Shown here: positions 39,472 through 50,571 of the stretch, piece after piece
Position numbering within the stretch: position 1 is the first letter of the stretch
Layout of the letters: each line of letters starts with the position of its first letter
Assembly: GCA_963746845.1 (NCBI GenBank)
Contig: CAVVCZ010000001.1
Location: forward strand, 192,001-256,000
Direction of reading: 5' to 3'
DNA length: 64,000 nt
From: an uncultured Chloroflexia bacterium
Lineage (GTDB): Bacteria > Chloroflexota > Limnocylindria > Limnocylindrales > CSP1-4
Notes under the pieces: model-generated
Database searches by the model: none
What the model was told of the DNA's origin: nothing
What the model saw: only the letters and a program-made list of their open reading frames with translations
Made by a program: the position numbers and the translations under genes

Positions 39472-39500
39472 GGTCGGGGACCTCGTCTGGTGGCCGTCGC

Positions 39501-39560
39501 ATCAACGGTGGTTTATATCAACGGTGGTTGATCCTAACGACGCCCCGCGTGCGGTGTCAA
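39501..39560 (-). promoter_or_regulatory. Promoter TTGACA-N18-TAGGAT with two tandem 16-bp palindromic operators
   Basis: ATCAACGGTGGTTTAT (39501-39516) and ATCAACGGTGGTTGAT (39517-39532) overlap -10/+1. Confidence 0.8.
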
Positions 39561-39652
39561 GCCTCGAAGCGCGTGCGGGAGGGCGGTGACAGGCCACGAC
39601 TGCGCCATCGCCGGAGGCCGACGGGACCCGGAAACCCCTGTACCCTCCGGCG

Positions 39653-41350
39653 GTGAGCCGGTTCAACGCGTGGAGCCTCCTGGCGGTCTTCGGGATCGGC
39701 GTGTTCCTCGCCGGTCTGGAGCTCCTGATCACGGCCACCGCGCTGCCGTCGATCCTGCTCGACCTGGCGACGACCGACCAGATCGGCAAGCCGGCCTTCT
39801 CCGAGCTCCGCCACGCGTCGTGGATCGTGACCGGCTACCTGCTCGCGTACGTCGTCGCGATGCCGCTCGCCGGACGGCTCGCCGACGTGTGGGGGGCGCG
39901 ACGGCTGTTCCTCTCGGCGCTGATCGTGTTCACCCTCGGGTCGCTCGCGGCGGGCCGGGCCCAGACGATCGACGAGCTGATCGCCGGCCGGGTGATCCAG
40001 GGGATCGGTGGCGGCATCCTCGTCCCGGTCGGGACGGCTGCGGCGTCGCACCTGTTCGACGGCGACGACCGGCCCCGGGCGCTCGGGATCATCGGGGCGC
40101 TGACGTTCCTCGGGATGGCGGTCGGTCCGTTCCTCGGCGCGGCGATCCTCGGCGGGCTCGACGTGACGGGCGGGCTCTTCCGGCTCGGGATCGCCCCGGG
40201 CACGGCTCTCCACGAGGCGCTGGCGCCGTCGTGGCGCTGGGTCTTCTACGTCAATGTCCCGATCGGCCTGATCGCCTTGCTCATCGCCTGGGCAGCCTCG
40301 AGCGGCTGGGAGACGCCGCGTCGCCACGTCGGCGTGGATGTCGTTGGGGCGGTGATCTGGAGCGTGGCCCTCGCGGCGGGGCTCGGCGCGGTGACGCTGA
40401 TCGGCGTGTCCGATCTCGGTGGCCCGAACCCGGTGCTCGTCGGGGTCGTCCTGACCGCCATCGCGGTCATCGGGGTCGGCGCGACGATCGTCCGGGGCTT
40501 CCGCCGGCCGGACCCGTTCCTCGATCCGCGACTGTTCCGGAGCGTGACGTTCAGCTCCGCCGCGCTCGTGTCCCTGCTCACCGGCTTCGCCTTCGCGACC
40601 GCGATCATCGGTGGCGCGGTGTTCGTCGACCGCGTGCTGTACGGCGGCCCGGACGACCAGCGGTTCGCGCTCGGCGCGCTGGCGGCGGCCACGGCCGTCG
40701 GGGCGCTCGTGAGCGGGTTCGCCGTCCGCGCCCTGTCGCTGCGGGTGGTCACGCTCGTCGGGCTCGTCCTGTCCGCGTCCACGCTCTTCCTGATGTCCGG
40801 CTGGAGCCCGGAGGTGGCGCTCCCCACGGTCGCGGGCCTGCTCGGCCTGTTCGGGCTCGGGTTCGGGCTCACGGTCACGCCGCGGAGCACGGCGGCGGTC
40901 GAATCGGCCGGGCGTGCCGCGTACGGGATGGCGAGCGCGATCGTGACCGTCTCCCGGATGATCGGGATGGCGATCGGGGTGTCGATCCTGACCGCCTATG
41001 GCTCGACCCAGATCGACCGGCTGTACGACCGGTTGTTCGCGGCCGACAACCCCGACGGCTGGCGGGCGGTCATCCCGGCCGAGCTCCGCGACCACGACCT
41101 CCGCGACGCCCTGGTCGTCGAGGCGCTCGAAGGCTGGGCCGCCCGCGAGGCGTCGGCGATCCTCGTCGGGATCTTCCTCGCGGCGGGTGTCGTGACGGTC
41201 GTGGCGATCCCACCCGCGCTCGCCCTCGGCGGGCGGGCGCGTAGACTCTCGACCGGGCGGGCCGCGACCGACGCGGACGCCATGACGGGACCGGGAGGCA
41301 TCGCCGGGCCAGATGGTCGAGACGAGCTCGAGGCGCCGATCGCGCTCTGA
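39653..41350 (+). CDS. DHA2-type (14-TM) MFS efflux transporter
   Basis: WIVTGYLL, GRLADVWGARR, GRVIQGIGGG, WRWVFYVNVPIG. Confidence 0.9.
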   Translation: MSRFNAWSLLAVFGIGVFLAGLELLITATALPSILLDLATTDQIGKPAFSELRHASWIVTGYLLAYVVAMPLAGRLADVWGARRLFLSALIVFTLGSLAAGRAQTIDELIAGRVIQGIGGGILVPVGTAAASHLFDGDDRPRALGIIGALTFLGMAVGPFLGAAILGGLDVTGGLFRLGIAPGTALHEALAPSWRWVFYVNVPIGLIALLIAWAASSGWETPRRHVGVDVVGAVIWSVALAAGLGAVTLIGVSDLGGPNPVLVGVVLTAIAVIGVGATIVRGFRRPDPFLDPRLFRSVTFSSAALVSLLTGFAFATAIIGGAVFVDRVLYGGPDDQRFALGALAAATAVGALVSGFAVRALSLRVVTLVGLVLSASTLFLMSGWSPEVALPTVAGLLGLFGLGFGLTVTPRSTAAVESAGRAAYGMASAIVTVSRMIGMAIGVSILTAYGSTQIDRLYDRLFAADNPDGWRAVIPAELRDHDLRDALVVEALEGWAAREASAILVGIFLAAGVVTVVAIPPALALGGRARRLSTGRAATDADAMTGPGGIAGPDGRDELEAPIAL

Positions 41351-41387
41351 CACCGGATCGGGCGCGAACGGCGGCGACCCGATCCCC

Positions 41388-42386
41388 ATGAAGGGGACGG
41401 CCGACGACCTCGGCGCCCGGCAGCCGGGTGCGGCGCACATCGTCGCGTGCCGCAACGGCTCCGCGACCGAGTCGTCCACCGTCACCGACATCGCCGGGCT
41501 GATCGCCGATCCGGACCAGCGCCTCTGGATCGACCTCGCGTCGCCGAGCCTCGACGAGATCCGGATCGTCGCCGATGCCCTCGGCCTGCACCCGCTCGTC
41601 GCCGAGGACATCGCGGAGCGGAACAACCGGGCGAAGGTGGAGACCTTCGACGAGGTCGTCCATATCGTCCTGTTCGCGCTCACGTACCCCGGCGAGGCGA
41701 CCGCGTCCGAGGTCGACTTCGTGCTCGGTCCGCAGTACCTGCTGACGGTCCATGACGGCTCGCTCGGCTCGTCGACGACGGCGCCGCTGCGGTTCGGGGT
41801 CGAGAAGGCCCTCCACAAGGGCCCGGACTTCCTGCTGTACGCCCTGGCGGACACGATCGTCGACGGCTATTTCCCGGTCCTCGACCGGATCGGCGACGAC
41901 ATCGACGAGCTCCAGGACCGGGTGATCGAGACCGCGAACGAGTGGACGCTCCAGCGGCTGTTCGCGCTCAAGCGCGAGCTCGCGTCGCTGCGCCGGGCGA
42001 CGTCGCCGGCGCGCGAGGTCTTCGCCCAGCTCACGAACCGCGACATGGCCGCGATCGACGAGCGCCACCTCGTCTACTTCCGCGACGTGTACGACCACCT
42101 GATCCGGGTGACGGACGAGCTCGACAACGACCGGGACCTCGTCGCGGGCACCCTCGACATCTACGTCTCGATCGTGAACAACGACCTGTCGCGGATCATG
42201 AAGCGGCTGACCGGCGTGACGGTGATCCTTGCCGGGATCGGGGCGGTGGCCGGGATCTTCGGGATGAGCGAGGCCGGCAACGCGTTCAACGGCGGCGAGG
42301 CGAACGGCTTCTGGCTGGTGACCGGCTTCGTGATCCTCGTCTCGGTGGGCGCCGCGGCGCTCCTCCATCGGATCGACTGGATCTGA
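41388..42386 (+). CDS. corA: CorA-family divalent cation transporter (start uncertain, alternative 41313)
   Basis: WIDL, GLHPLVAEDI, YFRDVYDHL, IMKRLT; two C-terminal TMs. Confidence 0.9.
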   Translation: MKGTADDLGARQPGAAHIVACRNGSATESSTVTDIAGLIADPDQRLWIDLASPSLDEIRIVADALGLHPLVAEDIAERNNRAKVETFDEVVHIVLFALTYPGEATASEVDFVLGPQYLLTVHDGSLGSSTTAPLRFGVEKALHKGPDFLLYALADTIVDGYFPVLDRIGDDIDELQDRVIETANEWTLQRLFALKRELASLRRATSPAREVFAQLTNRDMAAIDERHLVYFRDVYDHLIRVTDELDNDRDLVAGTLDIYVSIVNNDLSRIMKRLTGVTVILAGIGAVAGIFGMSEAGNAFNGGEANGFWLVTGFVILVSVGAAALLHRIDWI

Positions 42387-42404
42387 CGACCGACGGGGCG
42401 GACG

Positions 42405-43136
42405 TCAGCCGCAGACGACCGGGTGCGGGGTCGGGTTCGCCGCTGCGTGGTCGGCCGGGAGGACGAGGAGCGGCGTGGCGACGAGCTGGGTCTTGCCGGG
42501 CGTGCCCTTCGGCCCCTCGGACGTCTGGAGCCAGAGCTGCTCCGTCTTCGCGGCGAGCGGCGCGTCGAGGGTCAGCTGGTGGAGCAGCACCTTGGTGATC
42601 TGGTACTCGAACATCAGGTTGTCGTTCGTGAAGACCTGGACGATCATCCCGACCATCGACTTCGGGCCGCCGTGCTCCTTCTGGATCGCGCGGTCGTAGA
42701 TCGGCCCGAACATCCCGTCCCGGGCGTGGGCGTAGATGTACGTCGCCTTCGGCGAGCCGGGCTGGCCGACGCGCGTGTCGACCAGGTACATCGCGACGTT
42801 GCACGCCGGATAGGTGCTGGAGCCGCCGCGCGGCTTGATGATCGGCAGGTCGATCCCGAGGGCCTCGATCACGATCCGGGTGGCGACCCGGTTCGGGTTC
42901 GGCTGCAGCGACGGCGCCGCGTTGATCGACGGTGAGGCGCCCGGTGGGGGGAGCGTCGGCAGCCCGGCGATGATCGAACCGCCGCCACTGGCCGTGGCGC
43001 CCGCAGACGCGCCGGGATCGGCGGCCGACGCGCTGCCCGAGTAGCTCATCAGGCCCACCGCGAGGAGCGAGACGCCGGCGACCGTGAGGACGACCGGGAG
43101 GACTCGAGCGCGGACGGAGTGGCCGAGGGTGCTCAC
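42405..43136 (-). CDS. Sortase-fold protein with atypical active site
   Basis: N-terminal TM, RIVIEALGIDLPI, YIYAH, FEYQIT, LWLQTS. Confidence 0.78.
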   Translation of the reverse strand: MSTLGHSVRARVLPVVLTVAGVSLLAVGLMSYSGSASAADPGASAGATASGGGSIIAGLPTLPPPGASPSINAAPSLQPNPNRVATRIVIEALGIDLPIIKPRGGSSTYPACNVAMYLVDTRVGQPGSPKATYIYAHARDGMFGPIYDRAIQKEHGGPKSMVGMIVQVFTNDNLMFEYQITKVLLHQLTLDAPLAAKTEQLWLQTSEGPKGTPGKTQLVATPLLVLPADHAAANPTPHPVVCG

Positions 43137-43206
43137 GGGAGCGGCATCCTATCAGCGAGCGGCCCGGGTCGCCTGCGACTCGTCGGTACTGGTACCCTCC
43201 CGGCGC

Positions 43207-43617
43207 ATGAGATCCGTCCTGGCGATCCTCGCCGGCCTGCTCGCCGGCGTGCTCGTCGCGGCCGGCGTCCTCGCGGCGTTCGTCTTCGTCGGTCCGGATC
43301 CCGTGGGACTCCGTCCCACACCCACGCCGTCCGCCTCGACGCCACCCGTGGTCGCCGCCAGCGCGAGCCCGTCTCCCTCGAGCGCGTCGCCCTCGATCGC
43401 CCCGTCCGGTTCGCCGTCCGCCTCGACGCCACCTGTGGTTGCCGCCAGCGCGAGCGCGTCGCCCAGGAGCGCGTCGCCCTCGAGCGCGTCGCCCTCGATC
43501 GGCCCGTCCGGTTCGCCGGCCGGATCCGCGTCGTCCTCGGCCGGCGCATCGTCCTCGGCCGGCGCATCGGCCTCGGCTGGCTCTCCCGGTCCGTCGGGCA
43601 GCCCGGCGTCACCGTGA
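43207..43617 (+). CDS. Membrane-anchored Ser/Pro/Ala-rich protein
   Basis: N-terminal hydrophobic helix then low-complexity SP/SA repeats. Confidence 0.7.
   Translation: MRSVLAILAGLLAGVLVAAGVLAAFVFVGPDPVGLRPTPTPSASTPPVVAASASPSPSSASPSIAPSGSPSASTPPVVAASASASPRSASPSSASPSIGPSGSPAGSASSSAGASSSAGASASAGSPGPSGSPASP
43325..43570 (+). repeat. Intragenic ~87-bp tandem duplication plus 15- and 18-bp repeats
   Basis: CGCCGTCCGCCTCGACGCCACC.. at 43325 and 43412; TCGTCCTCGGCCGGCGCA repeated. Confidence 0.85.
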
Positions 43618-43649
43618 CGCCGTAGGGCTCGCGCCGGAGCGGCGGACGC

Positions 43650-44060
43650 TCAGCGCACCTGGTTGACGCGGATCAGGTTGCCTGCCGGATCGCGGATCGC
43701 GAAGTCGCGGATGCCGTACGGCTGCTCGATCGGCTCCTGGACGATCTCCGCGCCGCCGGCCTGCAGGCGTTCGAACACGCCGTCGAGGTCGCTCGTGGAC
43801 AGCACCAGGATCGCGTACGTGCCCTTGGCCATCATCTCGCCGATGGTGCGGCGCTCGTCCTCGGTGATGCCGGGGGCGGCGAACGGCGGATACAGGACGA
43901 TGTTCGTGTCGGGCTGGGAGGGGGGTCCCACCGTGATCCAGCGCATTCCGGCGTAGCCGACGTCCAGACGGACCTCGAAGCCGAGGACGTCGCGATAGAA
44001 CGCCACCGACGCCTCCGGGTCGTCGTGCGGGAGGAAGCTCGAGTGGATCCGGATGTCCAT
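43650..44060 (-). CDS. VOC/glyoxalase family protein
   Basis: AFYRDVLGF, QEPIEQPYGIRDFAIRDPAGN. Confidence 0.92.
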   Translation of the reverse strand: MDIRIHSSFLPHDDPEASVAFYRDVLGFEVRLDVGYAGMRWITVGPPSQPDTNIVLYPPFAAPGITEDERRTIGEMMAKGTYAILVLSTSDLDGVFERLQAGGAEIVQEPIEQPYGIRDFAIRDPAGNLIRVNQVR

Positions 44061-44070
44061 CGCGCTCGCG

Positions 44071-44514
44071 CTAGCCGCGGCTCAAGGCCGGCGCTTCGCG
44101 CTTCCGGATCGGCCGGGTGACCTGTTTCGCCACGCACGACGGGATGCCGGCGGCGGCATCTGCCTCGTGCTGCCGGTAGACGCTGGGCGAGACGCCGACG
44201 AGCTCGGTGAAGCGGGTGCTGAACGTGCCCAGCGACGAGCAGCCGACCGCGAAGCAGACCTCGGTGACACTGAGATCGCCCCGCCGCAGCAGCGCCATCG
44301 CGCGCTCGATCCGGCGCGTCATCAGGTAGCTGTACGGCGACTCGCCGTAGGCGAGCTTGAACTCGCGGCTGAAATGGCCCGCCGACATGTGCACGCCCCG
44401 CGCGAGGGCCTCGACGTCCAGCGGCTGGTCGTACTCCCGGTCCATCCGGTCACGAACGCGACGCAGCCACGCGAGGTCGCGCAGGTGTTGCTCGGGAGGC
44501 GTCGCGCTCGTCAC
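44071..44514 (-). CDS. Short AraC-family regulator
   Basis: MSAGHFSREFK..GESPYSYL..RRIERA..VTEVC..VG..FS..F. Confidence 0.92.
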   Translation of the reverse strand: MTSATPPEQHLRDLAWLRRVRDRMDREYDQPLDVEALARGVHMSAGHFSREFKLAYGESPYSYLMTRRIERAMALLRRGDLSVTEVCFAVGCSSLGTFSTRFTELVGVSPSVYRQHEADAAAGIPSCVAKQVTRPIRKREAPALSRG

Positions 44515-44568
44515 GTCGGAAATCCTGCCATAGCCGACCACCCAGAGGAAACACACGCCACGGCCCGG

Positions 44569-46940
<2,372 letters not shown>

Positions 46941-46944
<4 letters not shown>

Positions 46945-47297
46945 CGGTCCTGGAGGAGCCCCAGGACGTTGCCGTCGGGGTCGGTGACGGTGGCGACCAG
47001 TCGTCCGCCACCGACATCGCGCACGGGCTCCTTCACGGCCGCACCCGCGGCCGTCACCTCGGCCAGCTTCGCCTCGATGTCCGGCACGTGCCAGTAGGCC
47101 ACGGGCACGGTCATGCCCTGCGGGCCGCCGCCCGGCACGAGCCCGATGTGCTGGCCCTCGGCCTCGAAGCCGACGTAGTAGGGCTCGTCGGTCTGCGGCT
47201 CCGTGCCGAGCAGGGCGGAATACGTCGCCTTGGCCGCCGCCAGGTCGGAGATGGGGAGCAGCACGGTCTTGATCCCCTGGGTCGTGGAGCCGATCAT
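46941..47297 (-). CDS. VOC/glyoxalase family protein
   Basis: YWHVPDI, DVGGGRLVATVTDPDGN; AGGAG SD. Confidence 0.9.
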
Positions 47298-47412
47298 GGT
47301 CTCTCCTGAGGTCGCGGGTTTCGTCTGCCCGACTCTAGGCACCGGTGGGCGACGGGCGCTTCTCGATTCCTGACCGGTCCGGTCACGTGCGTGTCAACCG
47401 GCGACGTCCGTG

Positions 47413-48891
47413 TCAGCCGGCGATCGCCTTCGTCGCCTGGTCGATGATCCCGAGGATCAGCTGCGGCACGAGACCGAGGGCGATCGTCAGCGCGGTCGCG
47501 ACCGCCAGGCCGCCCCACAGCAGCCGGCCGTGCCGGAGGGCCGGCGCGTCGCTGACCGGGTCGCGCATCCACATGTAGACGACGACACGGAGGTAGTAGA
47601 ACGCGGCGGCCGCGGCGTTCACGACGAGCAGCACCGCGAGGAACGCGACCCAGCCACCGGCCTGCACCGCGGGGATGATGATCAGCACCTTGCCGAAGAA
47701 CCCGGCGGTCGGCGGGATGCCGAGCAGTGACAGCAGGAACAGGGTCATCAGAATCGCGAGCGTCGGCTCGCGCCGGATGAGCCCGGCGAACGTGGTGAGC
47801 GACGACGTCACGCCCGCCCGCTTCTGGAGGGCGGCGATGACCGCGAAGGCCCCGAGGTTCATGAACGAGTACGCCGCGGCGTAGAACAGCAGCCCGGACA
47901 GCCCGTCCGCCTGGCCGCCGGCGTACGCCGCCAGCCCCACCAGCATGTACCCCGTGTGCGCGATCGAGCTGTACGCCAGCATCCGCTTCACGTTGTCCTG
48001 CGTGAGCGCGACGAGGTTGCCGAGCGTCATCGTCGCGGCCGCCAGGACCACGACGACCGGCAGCCAGTCGGCCTTCATCGACCCGAGCGCCTCGACGAAC
48101 AGCCGCAGGATCAGCGCGAACGCGCCGACCTTCGGGCCGACCGACAGGTAGCCGGTGACGGGCGTCGGCGATCCCTGGTACGCGTCCGGCGTCCAGTAGT
48201 GGAACGGGACCGCGGCGATCTTGAACGCGACACCCGTGGTCAGGAACGCGAAGCCCATCGCGAGGCCCGGGCTGAACGGCATGGCCCCGCTCGCGACCTT
48301 CGTCAGCGTGTCGGCGACGGCGTCGATGCGGGTGGAGCCGGTCAGGCCCCACACGAACGCCAGGCCGAACAGGAAGATCGCCGAGCTGAACGACCCGAGG
48401 AGGAAGTACTTGATCGCGCCCTCGGTCGAGTACGAGTCGGTCTTGTGGTAGCCCGCGAGGAGATAGCCCGGCAGGACCATGAGCTCGAGTCCGAGGAACA
48501 GCAGCAGCAGGTCCGCGGATGCCGAGATGAGCATCGCCCCGGTCATCGCGAACACGAGGACGGTCGCGAACTCACCGACGGGCAGCCCGCGTGGCGCCAG
48601 GTAGTCCGGGGCGAAGACGATCGTCATCGCGATGATCGAGATGAACAGCAGGTCCAGGAACGTCGTCAGGGCGTCGAGCCGGTAGGCGCCGCCGAACCCG
48701 AGCATCGGCTGGGTCAGCGTCTGGCTGCCGACGGCGACCGTGATCGCGGCCGTGATCGCGAGGCCGAGCAGCGCGACGCCGATGACCGCGTACGTCCGCC
48801 CGGGCAGGATCAGGTCGACGAGCAGGATCGCCAGCGCGGTCGCGATCGCGGCCACGAGCGGGGCGATGACGGCTCCCTCGGTCAGGATCAC
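47413..48891 (-). CDS. nuoN: Complex I subunit N
   Basis: LELM, EGAIKYF, FKIAAVPFHYWTPDAYQG, KRMLAYSSIAH. Confidence 0.95.
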   Translation of the reverse strand: MILTEGAVIAPLVAAIATALAILLVDLILPGRTYAVIGVALLGLAITAAITVAVGSQTLTQPMLGFGGAYRLDALTTFLDLLFISIIAMTIVFAPDYLAPRGLPVGEFATVLVFAMTGAMLISASADLLLLFLGLELMVLPGYLLAGYHKTDSYSTEGAIKYFLLGSFSSAIFLFGLAFVWGLTGSTRIDAVADTLTKVASGAMPFSPGLAMGFAFLTTGVAFKIAAVPFHYWTPDAYQGSPTPVTGYLSVGPKVGAFALILRLFVEALGSMKADWLPVVVVLAAATMTLGNLVALTQDNVKRMLAYSSIAHTGYMLVGLAAYAGGQADGLSGLLFYAAAYSFMNLGAFAVIAALQKRAGVTSSLTTFAGLIRREPTLAILMTLFLLSLLGIPPTAGFFGKVLIIIPAVQAGGWVAFLAVLLVVNAAAAAFYYLRVVVYMWMRDPVSDAPALRHGRLLWGGLAVATALTIALGLVPQLILGIIDQATKAIAG

Positions 48892-50561
48892 GAGGCCGCC
48901 TCCACCGACGCGCCGCCGTGGCCCGGCTCCGCGACCACCTCGGAGCCCGTGCCCGGGCCGCCACCGGACAGGTCGACCCGGGCGACCCAGATCGTCCGGG
49001 CGACGACGTACAGGATCGGCAGGGCGATCGCGATGAGCGCCGTCTGCGGGGCGATCGCGATCGGGCCCTCGCGGCTCACGTCGGCCAGCGTGTTCGTCAC
49101 CGCGCCGCGGACGACGTCGAGGACGAGGCCCGGGAACAGCCCGAAGACCACGGTCAGGGCGGCCAGCGGCGCGAGCGTCAGGATCTCGGTCGGGGTCATG
49201 TCGGTCAGGTGGTGCCCGAGGCCCTTCAGGAACTCGGACAGCTCGCCGAAGACCAGCCGCTGGTACATCCAGAGCAGGTAGGCACCCGCGAGGATCATGC
49301 AGACGGTCGCGATCGCGGCGACCCACGGCGAGTACTGGAACGCCCCGACGAGGACGAGGAACTCCCCGACGAAGCCGGCCAGCCCGGGCAGCCCGCCCGA
49401 GGCGAAGACGAAGAACCCGAGCGCCACGGCGTAGACCGGCACGACGCCGGCGAGCCCGCCCATCTTCGCGATCGTCCGGTCATGGGTCCGCTCGTAGATC
49501 ACGCCGACGAGCAGGAACAGGGCGCCCGTGATCAACCCGTGGTTGACCATCTGGAGGATCGCGCCGTCCATCCCCTGGACGTTGAACACGAAGATCCCGA
49601 GCGTCACGAAGCCCATGTGCGACACGGAGCTGTACGCGACGAGCTTCTTCAGGTCCGGCTGGACGAGCGCCACGACCGCGCCGTAGATGATCGCGATCAG
49701 GCTCAGGACGATGATCGCCGGGGCGAACGTGTGGGCCGCGCCCGGGAACAGCGGCAGGGCGAACCGGATCATCCCGTACGCCCCGAGCTTCAGCATCACC
49801 GCGGCCAGGATCACCGAGCCCGCCGTCGGGGCCTGGACGTGGGCATCCGGCAGCCACGTGTGGAACGGCCACATCGGGACCTTGATCGCGAACGCGAGGA
49901 AGAAGGCGAGGAACGCGAAGAGCTGGAGGGTCGGGTCGAACGAGAACGTCCGGAGGTTCTCGAAGTTGAACGCGCCGGCCCACGAGCCGCCGTTGGCCGC
50001 CTGATAGGCATAGGCGGTCGCGAGGATCGCGACCAGCATCAGGAGCGAGCCGACGAGCGTGTACAGGACGAACTTGATCGTCGCGTAGATCCGGTTCACG
50101 CCGCCCCAGATCCCGATGATCAGGTACATCGGGACGAGGACGATCTCCCAGAAGATGTAGAAGAGGAACGTGTCGAGGGCGACGAACACCCCGATCATCC
50201 CGACCTCGAGGATCAGGAACGAGATCATGTATTCCTTGATCCGCGTCTGGATCGGCGCGAACGAGGCGAGGATGCTGATCCACGACAGGGTCGTCGTCAG
50301 GACCACGAGCACGAGCGACAGCCCGTCCACGCCCATGTGGTAGTCGATCCCGAACACCGGGATCCACGGCACGAGCTCCTCGTACTGGAATGGCCGCGGC
50401 GAGTCCGGCGAGAAGCCGACCAGGAGCAGGAGCGAGACCAGCCAGGCGATCAGGCTGGCGGCGAGCGCCAGCGGCCGCGCGTACCGCCCGGGGGCGATCG
50501 CGACGACGAGCGCGCCGATGAGCGGCGTGAAGGTCACGATCGTCAGGATCGGGAGGTCCAT
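48888..50561 (-). CDS. nuoM: Complex I subunit M
   Basis: GVDGLS, FWE, KVPMWPFHTWLPDAH, YSSVSHMG, GFVGEF. Confidence 0.96.
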   Translation of the reverse strand: MDLPILTIVTFTPLIGALVVAIAPGRYARPLALAASLIAWLVSLLLLVGFSPDSPRPFQYEELVPWIPVFGIDYHMGVDGLSLVLVVLTTTLSWISILASFAPIQTRIKEYMISFLILEVGMIGVFVALDTFLFYIFWEIVLVPMYLIIGIWGGVNRIYATIKFVLYTLVGSLLMLVAILATAYAYQAANGGSWAGAFNFENLRTFSFDPTLQLFAFLAFFLAFAIKVPMWPFHTWLPDAHVQAPTAGSVILAAVMLKLGAYGMIRFALPLFPGAAHTFAPAIIVLSLIAIIYGAVVALVQPDLKKLVAYSSVSHMGFVTLGIFVFNVQGMDGAILQMVNHGLITGALFLLVGVIYERTHDRTIAKMGGLAGVVPVYAVALGFFVFASGGLPGLAGFVGEFLVLVGAFQYSPWVAAIATVCMILAGAYLLWMYQRLVFGELSEFLKGLGHHLTDMTPTEILTLAPLAALTVVFGLFPGLVLDVVRGAVTNTLADVSREGPIAIAPQTALIAIALPILYVVARTIWVARVDLSGGGPGTGSEVVAEPGHGGASVEAAS

Positions 50562-50571
50562 CGCCGCCGCC

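Noticed and set aside
43325-43570. CRISPR-like or mobile repeat
   Set aside because: In-frame coding repeats without unique spacers; no cas genes
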